The notes under the pieces: generated by a model
Database searches by the model: none
Told to the model about the DNA's origin: nothing
Seen by the model: only the letters and a program-made list of their open reading frames with translations
Part shown: positions 1 through 14,506 of the stretch, piece after piece
How the letters are laid out: each line of letters starts with the position of its first letter
Position numbering within the stretch: position 1 is the stretch's first letter
Translations under genes and position numbers: made by a program
Source: Entomortierella parvispora E1425
Lineage: Eukaryota; Fungi; Mortierellomycota
DNA length: 64,000 nt
Reading direction: 5' to 3'
NCBI GenBank assembly: GCA_020891255.1
Contig: BQFW01000011.1
Coordinates: 1,922,001-1,986,000 of the forward strand

Positions 1-588
1 CCATGGCCAGAGCGTGCTAGTTCATATATTCGTGTCCATGAAGGCGTACCTGGAGCACTTTTCTCAGCGAAAACAAATAACCTGAGAGACGGGGAACGGC
101 GGAGGCGCTTTGTATGAAGGTCGTCAAGAGAGCGAGAACGCACTGAGAGTGGAAGATTGCGATGGAAACAGGGGAATGGGAGGGGAATGGGAGTGGAATG
201 GCAAGGCGACCATAGATTAATGGTGCGAGATGAGGTGAATGATGAAGGGAGGATGAGCAAAACTGAGCTGTTTTTCGACTTTGCCGTTATTTTTTTGACA
301 GAGCTCTGCAGGGTCATAGTGGAAACCTTACTTGCCGACCAGCCCCTCTAGAGGTTTTCAGTGAGAGCTGCCTAAAAAGGCAGGTGCGTCAGCACTTGTG
401 ACTCTCCTGTGAACCGGCGGAGGGGATGGTGACGAGACTACGATCGACGGCCGTTTTTGGGTTTCTGCGCTTTGGTCACCCACGACCGGCTCGGGGTCTT
501 TCTTGCCCTGTACTGCCACCCTCCAGCTTGATTCCGTTTTTCTTTGTCTCTTCATTCCCTCATTCCCTCCATCTACCTTCACCGTACC

Positions 589-1632
589 ATGTCCCTTGCA
601 ATCTCAAAAAAGGGCTCTACCCCTCCAGGACCCTACAAAGCTGTGTTCTTTGACATTGGTGGAGTCGTCGTCGGTTCGCCATTCCAAGGCATTGCTGAGT
701 TTGAGCGTGAACACAACCTGCCGCCCAACTACTTGAACGTCGCCATGTAAGACGAATCCTAGGCGACTCTTTCTTCCAAAGGCAACAATGATTATAGATG
801 CGCGTGCCTTCTAACCTAACAGGTCTTTCCACACCTAGTTCACGATCTGGACCAAAAGGTGCCTTCCAAAGGTTGGAGCGTGGAGAGATTGATCTGTGGG
901 AGTTTTACGGTGCTTTCTCCGAACAGTTGTCAAACCCTTTGAACGTCTCGGCCTACTCGAAATACGCCGAAATGAGAGGGAAAAGTAAGACAATGTTGCG
1001 CTGAAAGCCTCTGCATTGACTGTATTTTGTTTCCGCTTCCTAATACTGGTTTGTATTGCCCTGAAGCAGCCTTTGATCGGGCTTCGTTCAAAGCACCAAA
1101 GGTCGATGGTCGAGCGTTATTCCACCAGATGATGGGAAAAGCCGCGATTGTGAACCAAAGCATGGTCCAAGCCATCGCACTGCTGGCAGATGCCGGATAC
1201 ACGGTGGTAGCGTTGACAAATAACTTCCACTATCCCTCAGACGAACGCGGAAGACAGGAGCAGGAACTGATCCTGCAGGTTACCGCCAAAACTTTGGCCG
1301 CCTCTTCCGACCCGCAATCGCCAGCTTCTTCATCTGGACCATTGGTCATGGGACAAGATCAACTGAAGACCATCTTCCATCATTTTCTCGAGTCTGCGAT
1401 TATGGGATTACGGAAACCGGACCCAGCTATCTACAAGAAGGCATGTGAAGTTGTTGGAGTAGAGCCTTCACAAGTTGTGTTTTTGGACGACATTGGAGCC
1501 AATTTAAAGTCGGCTCAGGACGTTGGCTACAAGACCATCCGAGTTGAATTGGGAAAGCCAGAGAAGGCTATCAAAGAATTAGAGCAGATTCTAGGAAACG
1601 GAATCAAGTTGACCCCTGCACCCAAGTTATAG
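589..1632 (+). CDS. HAD-superfamily hydrolase (ACAD10 / soluble epoxide hydrolase N-terminal-like), 3 exons, C-terminal PTS1-like -PKL
   Basis: Motif I FFDIGGVV, motif II LTNNF, RKPDPAIY and VFLDDIGANL. Exons 589-746, 839-984, 1070-1632 join in frame via GT-AG introns. Confidence 0.88.
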
Positions 1633-1687
1633 AATAAAGCCCTTTATTTCCTTGAGCCTCCTTTCATTTGTTGGTACGGCATCGAAA

Positions 1688-2735
1688 TTAATCATATGAA
1701 GCATTCAAAAACTCGAGCAGGTTTCCTCTGTTCTTTTCACGTTTCTTGTCGTTACTTGATTTCGCCACCTTCAGTTTTAACTACAGCAACAGAATAAAAA
1801 AAAAAGATGGGAAGGCTGTCAGTGCTGCATCTTTTCAAAGTGCATGAATATGTTTAATCCTCATGGGGTTTTACCTTTTTTCCTGTGATGGCGCTCCGAG
1901 GGTTATCAGAGTCGTCCGAAGAAGATGATCTACGACGATGCTTCTTGCTTTTTGACTTTTTTGATCGAGATCGAGAGCGAGAGCGAGAACGCTTCCTGTC
2001 TTTGCGACGTCTACGGCTACTTGAGCGGTCAGAGTCGCTGCCACTGTCGCTGCTAGAGTCGCTGCTTACCGAACGAGTCCGTCTTGGACTAGTGCTTCGA
2101 TGGCGACGATGGGAGGATCTTTCCTTGGATCGAGAACGTCGACTACTACCGCGGTCTCTGGATTCATCCCTGCGGTGGTGTCGATGATAACGGCTACGGC
2201 TTGGCTCGGACCTTGAAGGAGATCTTGAGCGGGATCTGGACCGAGATCTAGATTTTGATGAACGACGACGGGAATCCGACGATTTTTTCCGGTCCCTCTC
2301 CCTGTCATCTCTGCGATCCCTAGAGCGTGATCGACGACGCCTATGATGGTCTAAGGAGGCCGATAATATATTGTATCATCGAATCAAGTTGAGGTATCCA
2401 ATTTGAAGAAAATGGTCCTCAAGACAGGTTGGAGGTGCAAATAGTGGGGTATAAAAGGTCATCCATTGGGGTTCCAATTCATGACGACACATTCGGCGGT
2501 GAGTCCAATGGAGCAAATTGTCCGCAGGTGGAAGAGAAAAAAAGACAGAGGTCAGTCCAGAGTTCGCGAACCTGACTAGTGTGGTGTGGGAATCAAGAAG
2601 GATGTGCCCATGAGTGGCACACATACCAGGAGATCGAGAACGTGAATCCCTGCCATGTCTGCCGGAATCCTTATCCTTGGACCGGTCCTTGTCGTCCTGT
2701 CTGCGGTTGCTTCCGTCCCTGCTTGATTCGCCCAT
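1688..2735 (-). CDS. Arg/Ser/Asp-rich (RS-type) nuclear protein, about 225 aa, 3 exons
   Basis: Exons 2735-2627, 2350-1875, 1780-1688 give a continuous RS/RD-rich frame ending RSAITGKK|LKLKVAKSSNDKKREKNRGNLLEFLNASYD*. Canonical splice sites. Confidence 0.8.
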
Positions 2736-2932
2736 GGTTGCTGTCGAAGACTTGAAGTAGTGTAGAATGCGATCAATGGATGAACCAAAAAAAGAACGCG
2801 AGTGACTGCCACGGAGGTCGAGTCGAAGTCGACGGACGGAGTCTTAAAGTCTGCATGCACTTGCATGCCCTCTTCCTTTTCTCTGCTCCAACATTCCCTA
2901 GTCCTCGACATTTCTCATCCTTGAATACAACA

Positions 2933-5653
2933 ATGCTGCTACAGTTCCATCCATGGGCCTCGGCTGTAGAAGCCTCCTTTTGGCAGATTCTGACTCAGCG
3001 CAAGATGGACGTTTTCAAACTTGACGATTCCCCCAAGAGCATTCTTGGTTACTACGCCACAGGCCAGCAGGTACGCGTCCCAGGCAAGGACACGACTGTG
3101 GCCATGCCTGCCCGCCTATGCCTCGGCACCGGAGCATTTCCAGAGTCACCCCATGTCGACCACAACACGTTGAACAGGTAGAACGTCCTGCTGGTTATCC
3201 TTTTGTCCGCAGTTGTTATCCTAGCGCACTGGTCACGCTCTTAAAGATTCTGCCTTCATCCCTCCTGACCTCTGGCTACTCACCACACGCGTAGAATCCC
3301 TGCCTTCTCATTTCCAGCTCCTGGTCTCGTGAAGAACACCAACACGATAGAAGACTTCAAAGCTCTTGATAAGACTGCGCTGTTCAAGATGGTGGTGGAC
3401 CAGGTAACGTGTTTGGCTGCCAGGATCATATGAACACACGCTAGTGCCATTACTCATCAGATACGTTGTACCCTTAGATCTGGCAAGATATCACTTCGGG
3501 TGCTGCACTTCAGGATCCAGCACTGCTGAACAAGTTCTTGTTACTTACGTTTGCGGATCTGAAAAAATTCAAGTTCTTTTATTGGTTCGCATTCCCGGCT
3601 TTATTGTCAGAACCCTCATGGACCACTGACACCATGCGGGATATTGGAGACGTTTGGTCTCCAGAATTAGTCGAGCAACTTCGCCTCCAAGTCGATCAGT
3701 ACAGACAGACCTACCCCTCTAGCCAAGCAGGATTCTTCCTTATCAAAGAATCGCAAGGCCAAGTCAGCGTTGCGCGACTGCAAGATTGGGACACATTTAC
3801 AGCTGGAAGCACCGAGGACCAGGTACCATTGGTGTTTCATGGTAATTTTTCCTTATCAAATCCACATGTTCTAACACCGCGTTTGGACCTAATTTAGATT
3901 ACAGTCGGATTTGCAGATCCTTCATCTCTGGACCACAACCCAGGATGGCCACTTCGCAACCTACTGGCACTTATTCAATATCAATGGAAAGTTACAAAAG
4001 CCCGTATACTCTGCTTCCGTGAAGTTCCTGGAAAGCAAGACATTGGAGCGAGCAAATTCTTTACCGCACAATTGCCCTCATATGTGCCTCTGACAGGTAA
4101 GAAATGGCCTATGAATACACTCTACTTGAAATCAACTATTTATCATATCGCTTTACTTTATTAGAGTGTCCGAAGGCCGTCGGGTGGGAGAAGAATGCTC
4201 AGGGCAAGCTGGGACCACGAGTTGCAGACTTGGCGCCACTAATGGACCCCACGCGCCTGGCCGACACTGCGGTAGACCTGAACTTGAAACTCATGCGATG
4301 GAGACTACTACCGGATCTTCAACTGGAAAAGATCCAAGGGACGAAATGCTTGCTCCTAGGAGCCGGAACCCTTGGCTGCTATGTGGCACGCTCATTGCTT
4401 GGCTGGGGCGTACGTAATATCACCTTTGTTGACAACGCCAAAGTCTCATTCTCCAATCCTGTCCGTCAGCCATTGTTCGAGTTTGAAGACTGTCTTGAGG
4501 GAGGCAAAGACAAGGCTGAGACAGCCGCAGCTAGCCTGCGAAAAGTATACCCGGGAGTGGTAAGAAGACTTTTTTGATGGCCTCTGATATAACATTTGCA
4601 ATGTGTCGCTCACTTTACCTGGTCATAAAACTACTAGAACGCAGTTGGACATTCCATGTCAATTCCTATGCCTGGCCATCCCGTCAGCGATCAAAATATT
4701 GAGGCTGCACAGCGCGATGTCGCGAAATTGGAGGAGCTCTTCAGAGAGCACGACGCGATCTTCCTTTTAATGGACAGTCGAGAAAGTCGTTGGTTGCCGA
4801 CGCTCCTCGGTGCAAAGATGCAAAAGGTATTGTACAGGATTCTCTGATAGTCATACGGACAATTGGGACAAGCCCGAAACTAATGATCGCCTCTTCTAGA
4901 TTGTAATCAACGCGGCATTGGGATTCGACACCTTCCTAGTTATGAGACACGGTGTTGGTCAAGACCGCGAGTACCATGAAAGCCACGGGTCTACTGGTCT
5001 GGGTTGCTACTTCTGCAACGACATTGTCGCCCCTACAGACGTAAGTTATCGAAAGATTTGGTACTATTGCCCACCTGGTTGCTGAACCGATAATAACTTT
5101 TTTGTCCGTCCTTTCTTTGCAGTCACTGTCCGATCGTACACTGGATCAGCAGTGCACCGTGACACGACCTGGTCTCTCTGCAATTGCGAGTGCAATGGCC
5201 GTCGAGATGATGGTGTCATTGCTACACCATCCTGAAGGGTATGAATCCCTGTTCTCTCAAGCTTACGCAAGCATTGGATCCTTTGTATGAGCAAATATTA
5301 ACTTTGTCCTGACATTTCATAGTATAAGAGCTCCGGCCGACAAAGCAGACAACGACGACGAGAGGGCGCAAGAAGTTTTTGGTTCTGCCCTTGGATTGCT
5401 GCCACATCAAATCCGTGGATTCCTCTCCCGCTTCAAGAATTTGCTCATCTCTGGTCAAGCATATGATCGCTGCACGGCCTGCTCCAACGCTGTCCTTACT
5501 GAATACGAACAAGAAGGATTTGGATTTTTGATGAAGGTGTTCCAGGATGCCAAGTACCTCGAGGATGTTACTGGACTTACCAAGATGAAAGAGGAGAGCG
5601 AGGATCTGGATATGGAGTGGGAAGAAGACTCTGAAGAGGACGATATGATGTAG
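2933..5653 (+). CDS. ATG7: Ubiquitin-like modifier-activating (E1-like) enzyme Atg7, multi-exon
   Basis: N-terminal LQFHPW..FW and [19 protein letters not shown]; GWEKN..GKLGPR; LNLKLMRWR; LGAGTLGC; SNPVRQPLF; LGCYFCND; [14 protein letters not shown]. Confidence 0.97.
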
Positions 5654-5843
5654 CTCTGCGCAGAATAAAACTGGTATGATATGCACGTGATTCCTTTTGG
5701 CAGGCCCGAACCAATCTGACACCGCTCCAGTCCATACAACCCACACCACGGCCCTTCGACCACTTTGGCTTGGCCTCTCTCCATTCTTTGTCATTCCATC
5801 CACCTTCTCACCCCTCCCTCACCCCCTTCAAACCACTTCCGTC

Positions 5844-7315
5844 ATGAGCAGTTCTGCCACTCAGGCTCCCGTCAAGTCCCCAAAGCTGCGAAGAATCGCA
5901 CTTCTCGGTTCTAGAGCCGTCGGTAAGCTAATCTTTCTTGGACCAGCAACTGCTCCGCTCGTTTATTCCCACCTTCGTTCTTTGTCTTGTCATGCTGCCC
6001 CGTCCTGGAAATGTCAGTGATTCGCCCGGATGGTCCCTTGTTACGTACAAAGTGGCGAAATATGCGATTAGCATGAGGCATCATGCATGCTTGATTTAGA
6101 GCTAGCGCCTACCCAACATTACCCCACCCAACCTCCGCAAAAAAAATATGGAAACTCAGCGGAGTGGCAAAGCAGACCTGAGAAACAACATTCTCCCCTA
6201 TTTACAAGGAACTCGATCACTTCAGGATTACCTGCAGTGGGCGCATCGAGGGACAGGCCCTCAGGGTGTTGGGTCGGTGATAGATCGTACCCAACTGCAT
6301 CGATACATGCTCGATCGGAGAAGGTTCTTTTATCGTGTGGTGCCCTCAATGCAGATCGAGACTACCAAGAGCGGAATAGAACCAATCCACCTCCTGTTTG
6401 TAGACACTGCAGAGAGTGTGGGGTGAATGCCTGTCATGTTTATTCAATTGAAGAGTAGCCTCGATTCAATGCTATCACTATCCCGTCATGCAGACGAATC
6501 ATTTTGAACGATCGTCCTTATCCTGATTCTGCGATCCTACCTTCTGAATCCTTCCTTCTGAATCAATGTTAGGCAAATCCTCGATGACCATCCAGTTTGT
6601 TGAGAACGTCTTTGTGGACTCCTATTACCCTACAATTGAGAACACCTTCACTAAGCCCATCAGCCATCAAGGACAGGAATACGCCGCCGAGATTATTGAC
6701 ACCGCCGGACAGGTATTGTGCCTGCTGTTTGCTTCGGAAGCGACCAGTCTGCCACCTTATGACTAACAATTCATAATATCGTATATTCCGTTCCATTCGT
6801 AGGATGAGTTCTCTATCTTCAACGGCAAGCATGCCCTCGACATTCATGGATACATTCTCGTATACTCCGTTACCAGCAAGCTTAGTTTTGATATGATCAA
6901 GATCATCCGCGACAAAATTTTGAACTACACAGGTACCGACTGGGTCCCTATCGTCATTGTCGGTAACAAGAGTGATCTCCACGGTCAACGACAGATCTCA
7001 ACAGAAGAGGGCGAGGAGTTGGCCGCCCTTTGGAACTGTCAGTCGGTCGAATCATCTGCAAAACACAACGAGAACATCGGTAAGGACCCTTGGAGATGAT
7101 CATTTCAAAACGGAGCTCTCTGCTGCGTTTCATGACCAGGATGGTTTGTTCTAATTGGTTCCCTCTGCTTTTTTTTTATCTTTTTTTTTCTTTGCCTTCG
7201 AATCTGCCCCTTTCCTACTGCCATTGTAGGTCGCGTGTTTGAGCTCATGATCGGCGAGATTGAAAAGTCGACCAATGTGCCAGAAGAACCCAAGAGCGAA
7301 TGTCTCATCCTGTAA
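5844..7315 (+). CDS. RHEB: Rheb small GTPase, 4 exons, with a 650-nt first intron (5923-6572)
   Basis: GSRAVG|KSS P-loop with Rheb-type Arg, effector loop FVDSYYPTIENTF, DTAGQ|DEFS, VGNKSDL, C-terminal CAAX (CLIL*). Confidence 0.95.
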
Positions 7316-7530
7316 TACAGAACTCCTCCAACAGTTCAAATTTTTTTTATCGTTTTCGAGCACCCGTGTAGATCCGTCACCAAGACTTTCCTGGTTTTTT
7401 TTTTTATTTCGTTGAGCACTGTTTTCAATAAACCCGCATCCTTGCAGCACCTAGCATGTACGCTCCTGTACGTCTGATCAAACACCAGGGATGGACAGGT
7501 AGAAGAGGGGCTCCTCAGAGGGCTCGGCTC

Positions 7531-8016
7531 CTACGTGACGCAGGAGATGCTACAAGCTTTCTTCCCCGCCAGACATTCGGTGAACCTAGAAGCTGACAAA
7601 GTGGCTTGGTTTTCCGTGGCTCAGTTGGCAAGAAATTTAAGATAAACAGTAACAAATAAATTTACCTGTGGTTCAGGATCACCTAGAAAAGTAGCATAGA
7701 AAAAAAAACGTGTCAGATTTGCCAAACGAAGTGTCATTTCCTTTCAGTTGTAGAAGGGCAGCCTATCCTTACCGAATTATCATATAATGACAAGATGTCA
7801 TCAAGACATTACGCGAGTTTGTTAATATCGCTGACGGGAGTGTCGGATCTATCATTGCAAACAAAGCGATCAATGCTTAGAAGGGGTTGGAACGCGTTCG
7901 ACGCACTAGACGTGTCTACTCAAAATACTGTATTACCTTGCTACTGCCTTGGCCGGGTCATCGGCAAAAGCATACATAGACTCCATCTCCCGCCGAGTCC
8001 GAGTCACCGTCTGAAT
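7531..8016 (-). pseudogene. Probable decayed multi-exon gene or spliced non-coding transcript
   Basis: Three consecutive GT-AG intron-like segments of 88, 90 and 80 nt (7936-7849, 7772-7683, 7665-7586) with a 17-nt microexon. One frame stays open across all junctions except for a single TAA at 7811-7809. Confidence 0.35.
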
Positions 8017-8326
8017 TCATGGTTGGCAGTGTATATGAATCCATTTGTGTCATGGCGCAAGATGGTGTTTGTGATTCAAATTGAGGGACTGTGACTCTGT
8101 TTTATTCCAAGAATAATCTAAGCCATTTTGGCAGGTTTAAAGTGGACTCCCAGACATTTGTGACTGTCTATGGGCGGTAAACACACTTTTTGTGCTTTGC
8201 CCCTTCCAGCTGAAGGGCATAAAAAAAAAAGAAAAAAAATATCTTTCGCAAAACGACAGCATTTGCATCTCTAGCTGTCTTTGTCCATCTCCATCCTCCC
8301 ATTCCTCACATCCATCCTTCCTCATC

Positions 8327-11300
8327 ATGTTTTCAGGAGAAGCGGACGATATCTTTGACGTCTTTGATGAGTCTACTGCTCAGGACTACTCGGCTTACAA
8401 CACCGAGGACACTGAGCGGACAAGCAAGAAGAGAGCTGCGGACAAGACGTCTTCATCCAAAGATCAGGCAAACAAGGATATGGAAGAAAAGATGGCTGAT
8501 TCTGAGGACGAGAATGTGCCCCAGGAGAAGAAGGCTCGTCGAGGATCACCCATGCCCACTGTCACGGATAGTTTCGAGCAGGATCTCGAACGCGAGGTGG
8601 CTTCTGCCGCTGGTTTGATGCCTTCGGCCGAAGGAGCAAACGTCGTTCTTTCTCATCAGGTTAGTATCGAACGCGAGGCCTGTACCGGGGACCAGCTGAA
8701 GGTGTAACCTGTTATCTGACCCACTCCACCTCTTCATCCTCTTTTTGTCAGGTTCGTCACCAAGTCGCTCTTCCAGCAGCATGGAACTATACTCCTATTT
8801 CACAACATATTCCAGAGGACCCCCCAGTGCGAGCCTACCCCTTCACGCTGGATCCTTTCCAAAAGCTTGCCACCTACTCGATCGAACGTGGAGAGTCCGT
8901 CTTGGTTTCTGCCCATACTTCTGCAGGAAAAACAGTTGTGGCCGAGTTTGCGATCGCGACTGCTCTCAGAGGGAAGCAACGAGTCATCTACACCAGTCCT
9001 ATCAAAGCCCTCAGTAACCAAAAGTACCGTGAGCTTCTGGAAGAGTTTGGTGATGTCGGTTTGATGACAGGAGATGTTACCATCAACCCCAGTGCATCGT
9101 GCCTGGTCATGACGACTGAGATTTTGAGATCTATGCTTTACCGCGGTTCGGAGGTCATGCGTGAAGTCGCTTGGGTCATTTTCGACGAAATTCATTATAT
9201 GAGAGATAAAGGTAAATATCGAAGTGTTGCCTTCAGGATGACTGTGATGTCAAACTGTTACCATATCGCTGACCTGTGCCCCTTTGATCCGATCGTGTCA
9301 CCTTACAGAGCGTGGTGTCGTCTGGGAGGAGACTATTATTCTTTTGCCACCCAAATGTCACTATGTCTTCCTGTCTGCTACCATCCCCAACGCCATGGAG
9401 TTTGCGGAGTGGATTTGCAAAAACAAGGAGCAACCTTGCCACGTCGTCTACACGGATTTCCGACCCACCCCATTGCAGCATTACCTGTTCCCTCAAGGAG
9501 GCGAGGGTATTCATTTGGTCGTCGACGAGAAGGGACAGTTCAGAGAGGACAACTTCCAGAAGGCTCTTGGAGCATTGACTGATTCTCAAGGACCTGCTGC
9601 GGACGATCCTCGCAGTCGTGGAGGCAAGAAGGATGCCAAGAAGGGAAAGAAGGGTGCTTCAACAAGTAAGTTCTTTTTATCACTGGAATGTGCATGATAG
9701 CTTTATACAATGCTGCCTGAAAGATCCCAAGATTGCTAATCGCTCGCTACTTTTAGACGGCCCTTCTGATATTTACAAGATTATCAAGATGATTCTTGTC
9801 AAGAACTACCACCCCGTCATTGTTTTCAGTTTCAGCAAACGCGAGTGCGAGTCTTTGGCGCTCCAGATGAGTAAATTGGACTTCAACGACGAGCGGGAGA
9901 GCGACATGGTCAATCAGGTCTTCACCAACGCCATCAGCTCACTCTCGGAGGACGATCGAACTTTGCCCCAAATCGAGCACATCATCCCATTGTTGCGTCG
10001 CGGCATCGGTATCCATCACGCCGGTCTTTTGCCCATCTTGAAGGAAGTCATTGAGATTCTGTTCCAGGAAGGTCTTCTCAAGGTGTTGTTCGCTACGGAG
10101 ACATTCTCGATCGGTTTGAACATGCCCGCCAAGACTGTCGTGTTCACGAGTGTGCGCAAGTGGGACGGAAAGGAGACACGTTGGGTTTCTGGAGGCGAAT
10201 ATATTCAGATGTCTGGACGTGCCGGTCGTCGTGGATTGGATGACCGTGGTATTGTCATCATGATGTTGGACGAGAAGATGGAGCCTGCGGTTGCCAAGAG
10301 CATGGTCAAGGGACAAACGGATCCTTTGAACTCTGCCTTCCATCTGTCATACAACATGATCTTGAACCTGACCCGTGTTGAGGGTATCAGCCCCGAGTTC
10401 ATGCTTGAGCGCTGTTTCTACCAATTCCAGAACAACGCCAACATCCCTCAACTGGAGAGAGAGCTTGCCACACTGGAGGCAACCAAGAACGCATTGGTCT
10501 TTGAGCAGGAAGAGGATTTGGCTGCCTACCATGATATCCGCCAGCAGCTGCAGTCGTTGAAGAAGGACGTCCGCGATGTGATCAACCACCCAACTCACGC
10601 CTTGCCCTTCATGCAGTCTGGCCGCGCTGTCAGAGTAACCTACGAGGATCAGGACTTTGGATGGGGTGTCGTGATCTCCTACAACAAGAAGATGCCATCT
10701 GTCATCCGTGGCGTTCCTTCAGACAACAGCAACGAACCTACCTACATTGTGGATGTTCTTCTGAACTGCGAACGCAGCACCATTGTGAACCCCGGCATGA
10801 ATGGACTTGCTACTGGCATCAAGGCCTGCCCACCGGGCGAGAAGGGCGAGGCTATGGTGGTTCCCGTTCTTTTGTCGTGCTTAAAGGAGATTGGACGACC
10901 TCGACTCAACATTCTTAAGGACCTCCGTTCCAGCGATGCTCGTCATACAGTTTACAAGGGCGTCGTGGAGATGGAGAAGAGATTGGTGGCGGATATGGGT
11001 GCAGTTCCAGAGCTGGATCCCGTCGAGAACATGGGCATCAAAGACCCCGAATTTAAGAAGGTCATCCAAAAGATTGACGTTCTCCAGGGAGTCTTGAAGA
11101 CTCACCCCTTGGCAGAATCCCACTCTGCAGCTGATCTGGAGGCTCTCTATGGACGATACTTGGAGAAGGTCGAACTTTTGAGCAAGATCCGCAACATCAA
11201 GAAGCAGATTGTGGAGGCCAACTCGATTGCGCAGTTGGACGAGCTCAAGTGCCGCAAGCGTGTTTTGCGTCGATTGGGCTTCACTTCAAGCTCGGATGTT

Positions 11301-11917
11301 ATTGAGATGAAGGGTCGTGTGGCCTGCGAGATCACGTCTGGCGACGAGTTGTTGTTGACAGAGATGATCTTCAACGGAGCCTTCAACGACCTGACTGTGG
11401 AGCAGACCGTGTCATTGTTGAGTTGCTTTGTCTTCCAGGAGAAATCGGACACAGTACCTGCCTTGAGGGAAGAACTTGCGACACCATTGCGGTTAATGCA
11501 GGAGGCTGCTCGCAGGATCGCCAAGGTCTCGCAGGAGTGCAAGCTGACTCTGGATGAGGAAGAATATGTTCAAAAGTTCCGATCAGAGCTCATGGATGTT
11601 GTCTTTGCCTGGGCGAACGTAAGTGTCGTTGCTGTCTTCTCCTTCTTTGGTACTTTACTATCAGACATGTGGATACTAATTGTCAATGATGTTGCAATCG
11701 AAAACTATAATAGGGCGCTCGTTTCTCGCAGATCTGCAAAATGACGGATGTCTTTGAGGGTTCTCTCATTCGTGCGTTCAGACGATTGGAGGAGTTGTTG
11801 AGACAAATGTCGATGGCGGCTAAGAGCATTGGAAACACTGAGCTCGAGAACAAGTTTGCGTCGGGCATTGTTTGCATCAAGCGCGACATTATCTTCGCGT
11901 CGTCTCTGTATCTGTAA
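8327..11917 (+). CDS. MTR4: Ski2-like DExH RNA helicase Mtr4 (exosome cofactor), multi-exon
   Basis: [49 protein letters not shown], arch/KOW region, C-terminal [11 protein letters not shown]. Confidence 0.97.
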
Positions 11918-12300
11918 AGGAGAGGGGGAGCCACTATCTCCTTATCTCTCTCTCTGTCCATACTCATATTTTCATTCGATTGATGGGTCAAGGTTGCTCT
12001 TCTGTGTATCCTTATCGATCAATATTGCACCCAGCAAGCCCACTGTTACCTTTTACATTTCATTCCAATAAAGCATTCTCATCACCACACGTACGCCTCA
12101 TGGCCTTTTCGAGGGCACGGACCGTGGGCAGCTTTGGACCAGATGGACAGTCACTTTTGGCAGCGAGCGACATATCCTGCATCTTTTTCTCCTCGCTCTT
12201 CTCTTTTTCTTTCTGTTCTTTCCCACCTGCTCAATCTCTCAGCACCCTCCACTTTCTCATTCATACCCGTCCTTTTCCCAAACAACTTCCAATCACCAAC

Positions 12301-14076
<1,776 letters not shown>

Positions 14077-14506
14077 AACAAAGACACGGCATTCTCAACG
14101 GATGATACGAAGGAAAGAAGAAGAAGAAAAAAAAGTAGAGATGCCAGGGAACTTGCAGAGAGGAATTCCTTTTCTCCCGACTTGATCCTGTCGTCTTTTC
14201 TTTGTTCAAAAAAGAAAAGAAGCAAACAAAGGGTCGCTGCCATTGGAATCTCATAGTGGCCTTTCTGTTGTTGTACATACATTTTTCATAAATAAAAAAT
14301 GCGGTCTTTGACCGCAAAAAAAATGACATGACATGACATGGATTGGCGACAAAAAACAGCATGCAAGATATATTAGAAAGATGAAGGGAAAATTAGGTGC
14401 GTCTATGGTTTTAGGGTGTGTCGTAGACAAGGTGAAAACAAAAAAAAAGATGAAATGAAGATGACAGGGGAAAGGAAAGCGAACAAAAAAAAAGAGAGAA
14501 AAGAAT

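Noticed and set aside
157-351. ORF containing ELFFDF, resembling the LtrA ELFFDL motif
   Set aside because: Very short, lies in purine-rich promoter-like DNA, and has no supporting exons.
6066-6075. GATTAGCATG matching part of U6 snRNA
   Set aside because: Only 10 nt, with no ACAGAGA box or downstream stem.
6165-6255. TPP-riboswitch-like order of motifs (GGAGTG..CTGAGA..CTCC..GAACTCGATC-stem-GCG..GAGGGA) in the RHEB intron
   Set aside because: No closing P1, the L5 loop is ATTA rather than AUAAU, there is an insertion before P4', and the host gene is unrelated to thiamine. A cmsearch with RF00059 would settle it.
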